Assembly: GCA_031414595.1 (NCBI GenBank)
Contig: JANNVX010000014.1
Location: forward strand, 1-64,000
Reading direction: 5' to 3'
DNA: 64,000 nucleotides
From: Deinococcales bacterium
GTDB lineage: Bacteria; Deinococcota; Deinococci; Deinococcales; JAAFIG01
This document shows, in pieces, positions 59,086 to 64,000 of the stretch; position 1 is the stretch's first letter, and each line of letters starts with the position of its first letter. The position numbers and the translations under genes were made by a program. The notes below the pieces were generated by a model. It saw only the letters and a list, made by a program, of their open reading frames with translations, was not told the origin of the DNA and did not search any database.

Positions 59086-59162
59086 GGGTCTATAGCTCAA
59101 TCGGTTAGAGCGGAGGTCTCATAAACCTTAGGTTCGGGGTTCAAGTCCCCGTGGACCCACCA
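59086..59162 (+). tRNA. tRNA with CAT anticodon (Ile2 or elongator Met)
   Basis: Acceptor stem GGGTCTA/TGGACCC, anticodon arm GAGGT-CTCATAA-ACCTT, GGTTCAAGTCC T-arm, encoded CCA. G1-C72 pairing argues against initiator fMet. Confidence 0.95.
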
Positions 59163-59185
59163 AATTATGAAGTTTGGATTTAATA

Positions 59186-59677
59186 ATGCCTTACACTCCA
59201 ATTCTTGCCACGCTGGGTTATTTAATCTCTGAAGATAATCAAAAGGTTTTACTGGTGCATCGGCATAAACGCAACGCCGATGCACATCTTGGCAAATACA
59301 ACGGACTGGGCGGGAAACTCGAGCCGTTCGAGGATGTGGTCTCCGGTTTGCGCCGTGAATTCTTAGAAGAAGCCGGAATTGCCCTAGATAATGTAAGACT
59401 GCGCGGCACAATCAACTGGTCTGGTTTTGGTAAGACGGGCGAGGATTGGTTTGGCTTTATTTTTGTAGCGCGTGGTTTTTCTGGGCAAATCACCTATGAA
59501 AATCTCGAGGGAACGCTTGAATGGGTCGAAATTTCTAAGTTACTGGCTGGGGATTATCCGCTTTGGGAGGGCGATAAGCATTTTTTACCACTGGTTTTTG
59601 ATGATAACACAAGCCCGTTTTCTGGGGTGATGCCGTATAAGAATGGCAAACTGGTCTCTTGGGCATTCTCGAGATAA
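59186..59677 (+). CDS. NUDIX hydrolase (8-oxo-dGTP diphosphatase-like)
   Basis: GKYNGLGGKLEPFE...RREFLEEAG Nudix box; LWEGD..FLP. Confidence 0.9.
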   Translation: MPYTPILATLGYLISEDNQKVLLVHRHKRNADAHLGKYNGLGGKLEPFEDVVSGLRREFLEEAGIALDNVRLRGTINWSGFGKTGEDWFGFIFVARGFSGQITYENLEGTLEWVEISKLLAGDYPLWEGDKHFLPLVFDDNTSPFSGVMPYKNGKLVSWAFSR

Positions 59678-59678
59678 T

Positions 59679-62600
59679 TTACATATCCCAATGCACACGG
59701 CTGGTATCTTGGGCTTTTTCAATCACTAAACGGATTGGTAAGCGGTCTGCGAGGGCTGGGACGTGAGTTATTACGCCAACCATGCGCCCTTGGGTTTGCA
59801 GGTTCTCTAAGGTGTTGGCGACCATTTCCAAGGCATCTGCGTCGAGTGTGCCAAAGCCCTCATCTAAAAAAAGTGCGCCTAGGGCTTGGCTTCCAGCTAG
59901 ATAATCGGACAGGGATAAAGCCAGTGCAAGCGAAGCAATAAAACTTTCGCCACCCGAAAGGGTTTTTACGCCTCGAGATTCTAAGCCGTTCCAAGCATCC
60001 CGAACATGAAACTCTGCATCTATCAGTTCGAGCGTATAGCGTTCTCGAGTGATACCCTGCAAGGTTTTGGTGGCACGTTGCAGCAGTTGTTGTTGGACTC
60101 CTGCCAGTAAATAGTCTTGGAATTCATTGCCTTTCATATCTAGGGCTAGGGCAGCGTAAGTGTCAAAGCGTTTTTCTAGCCCGTTTTGCTCACGGCGTAG
60201 GTCTTTAGCTTGTTTAATCTGTTGTTCTAACTGGGTTTTTTCGGCTTCGAGTTGCCCAAGTGTGCGGCGCAAGGTTTGGTTTTGTTGTTCTAAATTTTGC
60301 TGTTGCTGCTCGAGTTCTTCGGGTGGTGTCTCGGGTTTTCTGCCGCCCAATTCTTCAGCAATTTGGTTTTGGCGTTGTTGCACCAACAATTGATTTTGCA
60401 GGTGTTTTTGGATGCTTTCCTCGAGTGCCAAAATTTCGGCTTCGGGTAGGCTTTGGCTTAGCGCGGTTTGGCTGTCTAAAAAACCCAATTCTGCGAGTTT
60501 GGCTTGGGTGGTTTCTTGGGCTTGCATAGCTTCTTGCTGGGCGGTATTTAAGTTGTTGCGTGTGGCTTCTAAGGCACTTTTTAGGCTGGCGGTCTGGGTT
60601 TTAGCGTTTGTGTACGTTTCTCTGGCTTGGCGCTCATTCTGCTCGAGTTGCGAGCGCTTGGTTTTGAGGTTTTCAATCTCGGTTTTGAGGTTTTCATTTG
60701 CGCCAGCTTGCCGTAATTCATAAGCAAAAGCCCCAAGCAGTTTTTGTTTAGCGGCTTGTAAGGCAGCATTGGCGTTGCTGTGTACGCCCAGCCGAGCCTC
60801 GAGTTTAAGCACCAAGGTTTTGCGTTCGCTTTCGATTTCTAGGCGTTGCTGCTCGAGCCGAAGGCTTTCTTGCAAGGCATTTTTTTGTTCTGCCTGACGG
60901 CTTTCTAAAAGCGAAACGGCTGCCTCGAGACGGCTTTGTTGGCTGGCAAGTTGCGCTTTTGTTTTACTCAGTTGCTCAGATGCACTTTTTTCGGCTTGCT
61001 GCAATTGTGTTTTGTTTTGCTGCAACTGCCTAACACGGTTTTCAAAATCGGTGGCTTGGCTTAATTCATTGGCTAAACCAGAAAGTAATTCGGCTCGAGC
61101 CGTTTGTAAGGCACTTTTGGGGTCGGTGGAATCTGAAAGCACATCTTGCCAGCCTTGCAATAGTTGCTCGAGTTCTTCGCTTGTCTCACGCAAGGTTTTT
61201 TCAACTCGAGCCACTTCTTTAGCTGCACTCATTTTATTTTGTTCATGGTTTTTAGCAGCTTCTTTTAAGCGAGTGAATTCATCACGTAAACGGCTGACCT
61301 CGAGCAATCCAACTTGCAGGGCTTTTTCGGACGTTGGCACATTGGCATTAAAATCTGGCAGGGTTTTAAGTGGTTCGCCACACACAGGGCAAGGGTCGCC
61401 GATATTTAAGTCGCGTACCAATTCAGCCGCGATATTCTCACGTTTTGCGGCTTCGAGTTTTGCCTCGAGTTCTTTTTGAGTGGCTGCCGCGATTTTCCCA
61501 TCGCTCAGAACCGTGTTTTGCATGGTTTTTGTTTCTTCAAGTTGGGCTTCCCATTGTAGCAGTTCATCCCTTGCCGTCTCGAGTTCGGTTTTGGTGTTGC
61601 CAATTTGTTTGACAATTCGGACATGGGTTTTTAATTCGTTCTGGACAGTCATTATTCTCGTCCAAGCCTGTTCACTAAAACTTGGTGCGAGCGGACTGGC
61701 ATCTTCAAGCTGCCCACCAAGTTCGCTTAAACGTTTTAATTTGGGTTTTAACGCCTCGAGTCCACGCAGTTCTTCTTCTAAAACGGGGATTTGCAGGGCG
61801 GCTTCTCGAGCCGTTTCTAGTGCGTGCATGTCCTCGATTTGTCTTTGCTGCACATCTTCAAGAACTTTTTGTTGCTCGAGTAGCGCGGTCTGGGCTTCTT
61901 TAAGACGAAGACCAACCGTTCCAAGTTCGGCGCGGCGGCGTTCAAGTTCTTTGAGTTGTTTTTGACTTCGTTCCAAAAGTGGTAATTGGGCGCTTAGTCG
62001 CTCGAGTTCACTCCAAGCAGTTTCAGTGAACGGTTCGCCCTCGGCAGTATCGCTCAGGCTTCCACCCAAGGCTTCCAATCGTTCTAAACGCGGCACAAGC
62101 GCCGTTAAAGCCACCACCTTATCCTCGAGATGTTTCGTGCCAAGGGCGGCTTCTCGAGCCGTTTCTAAAGCCTCTAAATGCTGTTGCTCGAGCCTGTGCG
62201 CCGACTCAAAACGCTGCTGGGCGGTTTCAGCTTCCCGTTTAATTTGACCAAGCCGCGCTTCAAGTTTTATGTTTTGTTCAATCAATGGCAAAATACTCGC
62301 CACGCGCCGTGCAGCTTTAGCTTGGGTTTGTAGTGCTTCAATTTTTGCTTGGGCAGCCTCTAAACCCTGCCACTCGAGTTTTACATTTTGCAGCGCGGTT
62401 TCTAAACGCCAGATGTCCCTTGCCTCAATCAGTGCCGTCTTTAACCGCTCGAGTTGCTGACCTGTCTGCTCGAGTTCCCTTTGTTTTTGCAGTTGTGTGG
62501 TTTCTAGCGTCTCGAGCGCTTCTGGTGTGGCAGTGGAGAGCGATTCTAACTGAATTTGCAATGCCTCAGATTTAGTTTTGGCTTCTCGAGCCAGTTCACC

Positions 62601-63134
62601 ACTGCGTTTTTGGATGTTTTCGATTCGCTCTAAACCAATCAAATTCTTGAGTAAATCACGGCGTTGCTTGGGTTCACCGCGCAAAAAACGATCAAATTCA
62701 CCCTGCGGTAACAGTACCGCTCGAGTAAAACCTTCAAAATCCAAACCGACGGTGCGTTCAATCGCTTCAGCAACTTCTTTTTTCTTGATTTGCTCAACCG
62801 CCGTAACCCATTTATCATTTTCCAAGCGCTCAAACCGAACTTCCGAACTTTTACTCGAATAAGTGCGAGCCACACGATATTTGCGTCCATCAGAGGCTTC
62901 AAATTCAAGACTTAAACTCATGCCGCTACTGCCTTGGGCAATCAGTTCCTTGGCGGGTTTAGAACCTAAACGCGGGGTTTGTTCAAACAGTGCAAAGGTC
63001 AGGGCATCTAAAATACTCGATTTTCCCGCGCCAGTCTGCCCAACAATTGCAAATAACTCGAGATTCGAGAAGTCAATCACCGTCAAATCCCTAAAACACG
63101 TAAAACCCTGCAATTCTAAGCGAAGCGGACGCAT
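59679..63134 (-). CDS. sbcC: SbcC/Rad50 SMC-family ATPase
   Basis: GQTGAGKSS, LPQGEF, CPVCG zinc hook, LSGGE, LFLDEGFGTLD; long coiled coils. Confidence 0.94.
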   Translation of the reverse strand: MRPLRLELQGFTCFRDLTVIDFSNLELFAIVGQTGAGKSSILDALTFALFEQTPRLGSKPAKELIAQGSSGMSLSLEFEASDGRKYRVARTYSSKSSEVRFERLENDKWVTAVEQIKKKEVAEAIERTVGLDFEGFTRAVLLPQGEFDRFLRGEPKQRRDLLKNLIGLERIENIQKRSGELAREAKTKSEALQIQLESLSTATPEALETLETTQLQKQRELEQTGQQLERLKTALIEARDIWRLETALQNVKLEWQGLEAAQAKIEALQTQAKAARRVASILPLIEQNIKLEARLGQIKREAETAQQRFESAHRLEQQHLEALETAREAALGTKHLEDKVVALTALVPRLERLEALGGSLSDTAEGEPFTETAWSELERLSAQLPLLERSQKQLKELERRRAELGTVGLRLKEAQTALLEQQKVLEDVQQRQIEDMHALETAREAALQIPVLEEELRGLEALKPKLKRLSELGGQLEDASPLAPSFSEQAWTRIMTVQNELKTHVRIVKQIGNTKTELETARDELLQWEAQLEETKTMQNTVLSDGKIAAATQKELEAKLEAAKRENIAAELVRDLNIGDPCPVCGEPLKTLPDFNANVPTSEKALQVGLLEVSRLRDEFTRLKEAAKNHEQNKMSAAKEVARVEKTLRETSEELEQLLQGWQDVLSDSTDPKSALQTARAELLSGLANELSQATDFENRVRQLQQNKTQLQQAEKSASEQLSKTKAQLASQQSRLEAAVSLLESRQAEQKNALQESLRLEQQRLEIESERKTLVLKLEARLGVHSNANAALQAAKQKLLGAFAYELRQAGANENLKTEIENLKTKRSQLEQNERQARETYTNAKTQTASLKSALEATRNNLNTAQQEAMQAQETTQAKLAELGFLDSQTALSQSLPEAEILALEESIQKHLQNQLLVQQRQNQIAEELGGRKPETPPEELEQQQQNLEQQNQTLRRTLGQLEAEKTQLEQQIKQAKDLRREQNGLEKRFDTYAALALDMKGNEFQDYLLAGVQQQLLQRATKTLQGITRERYTLELIDAEFHVRDAWNGLESRGVKTLSGGESFIASLALALSLSDYLAGSQALGALFLDEGFGTLDADALEMVANTLENLQTQGRMVGVITHVPALADRLPIRLVIEKAQDTSRVHWDM

Positions 63135-63826
63135 TAGCTAATCTGCTCGAGCGGAAGGTGGGTCAGGCGATTGGCATAAATGAGTTCGGTGCTTTGGTGG
63201 GTGCTTTCGTGGACATCAATCCGCGTGATACCGGTGTTATTGAGTTGAAACCAGTGCTTACCCGAACCTACCGCTACGCCAAGCGCTTGCCCCATAATAT
63301 GAGCGTAAAAATGCCCATGCGAAACAATCGCAACTCGGTCTTTTGTGCCACCATGACGCTTGAGTAATTCTGCCCACATCTGAACGGCTCGAGGGTTACA
63401 GTCTAGTTCTACGGCTCGAGACCACCAGCCTTGTGTGCCGTAAATCGAAAAATCTATGCTCGGAAAACGCGCCCCCAGTTCGGCTCGGTTCTTGCCAGAT
63501 TGCCCAAGGCGTTGCCCATCCTGCTCGAGCCAAATACCACCAGTTTCATGCCATTCTTCCCAGATTATAGGGGTTAAACCTGTGCCACGGCTAATCTCGA
63601 GCGCGGTGTGAATCGCCCTTGTCATGGTACTACAATACAAATGTGTAAAACGCTGACCACTTTCAAGCGGGTCGGTATTGCGAGTCAAAAAATCACCTAG
63701 GGTAGTCGCTTGTTTGACCCCAAGACTTGATAGTTCAGGGTCATCAGAACGCCCCAATTCTGCGCCAGTGGCATCAAAAAGAGCATTGTTAAGACTTTGG
63801 GCATGGCGAATAAAGTAAAACCGCAT
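63134..63826 (-). CDS. Histidine phosphatase (phosphoglycerate mutase) family
   Basis: FIRHAQS.NN, LS.LG..QA, S.M.RA..TA, VSHG and NTGIT motifs. Confidence 0.9.
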   Translation of the reverse strand: MRFYFIRHAQSLNNALFDATGAELGRSDDPELSSLGVKQATTLGDFLTRNTDPLESGQRFTHLYCSTMTRAIHTALEISRGTGLTPIIWEEWHETGGIWLEQDGQRLGQSGKNRAELGARFPSIDFSIYGTQGWWSRAVELDCNPRAVQMWAELLKRHGGTKDRVAIVSHGHFYAHIMGQALGVAVGSGKHWFQLNNTGITRIDVHESTHQSTELIYANRLTHLPLEQIS

Positions 63827-64000
63827 GGGTTATTTATACCAGACAAGCGATGAGTTATCGGGGTTTTTCGGTGCATTACATTACTTTTAGGTGTGGTAAT
63901 ACGAGTTTCAGGAAGCCCATGTTTTACCAATGCCTGAACCTCTTTGGCTCTCGAGAAGTAGGTCTTGATGCAACGAAGTACCTTGTTCCCTAGCGGCTGT

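Noticed and set aside
59097-59411. Minus-strand ORF over the tRNA and NUDIX gene
   Set aside because: Antisense shadow of two well-supported features.
59735-63141. Many plus-strand ORFs within sbcC
   Set aside because: Antisense artefacts of coiled-coil codon usage.

Overview
Bacterial chromosome window. Gene content and very frequent CTCGAG suggest Deinococcota, but that is inference. A complete 48.8-kb Tn7-like transposon occupies 10220..59038, with TGT...ACA termini, 28-bp terminal inverted repeats, arrays of TnsB-binding sites and a perfect 5-bp target-site duplication (CCTAT). It sits between xth and a tRNA(CAT). One end encodes a TnsA-TnsB fusion and a short TniB/TnsC. The other encodes a translationally coupled tniQ-cas5c-cas8c-cas7c operon (type I-C Cascade; no cas3, cas1, cas2 or cas4), an I-C leader and a two-spacer mini-array. 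A separate atypical repeat follows, and its spacer matches the first 22 nt of the adjacent tRNA with mismatches at positions 6, 12, 18 and 19, next to a CTC PAM. This is a candidate type I-C CRISPR-associated transposon with RNA-guided homing just upstream of a tRNA promoter. Cargo includes a GTPase/GAP1/GASH/EAD1-SIR2 conflict system, a 3646-aa YD-repeat Hint-WHH polymorphic toxin with immunity genes, a secretin/subtilase/lipoprotein cluster, RNase H, a beta-lactamase-like hydrolase, regulators and unknown ORFs. The flanks carry housekeeping genes (kynA, pfkB-family kinase, xth, NUDIX, sbcC) and three toxin-antitoxin pairs. All calls come from reading motifs by eye; no database searches were run.
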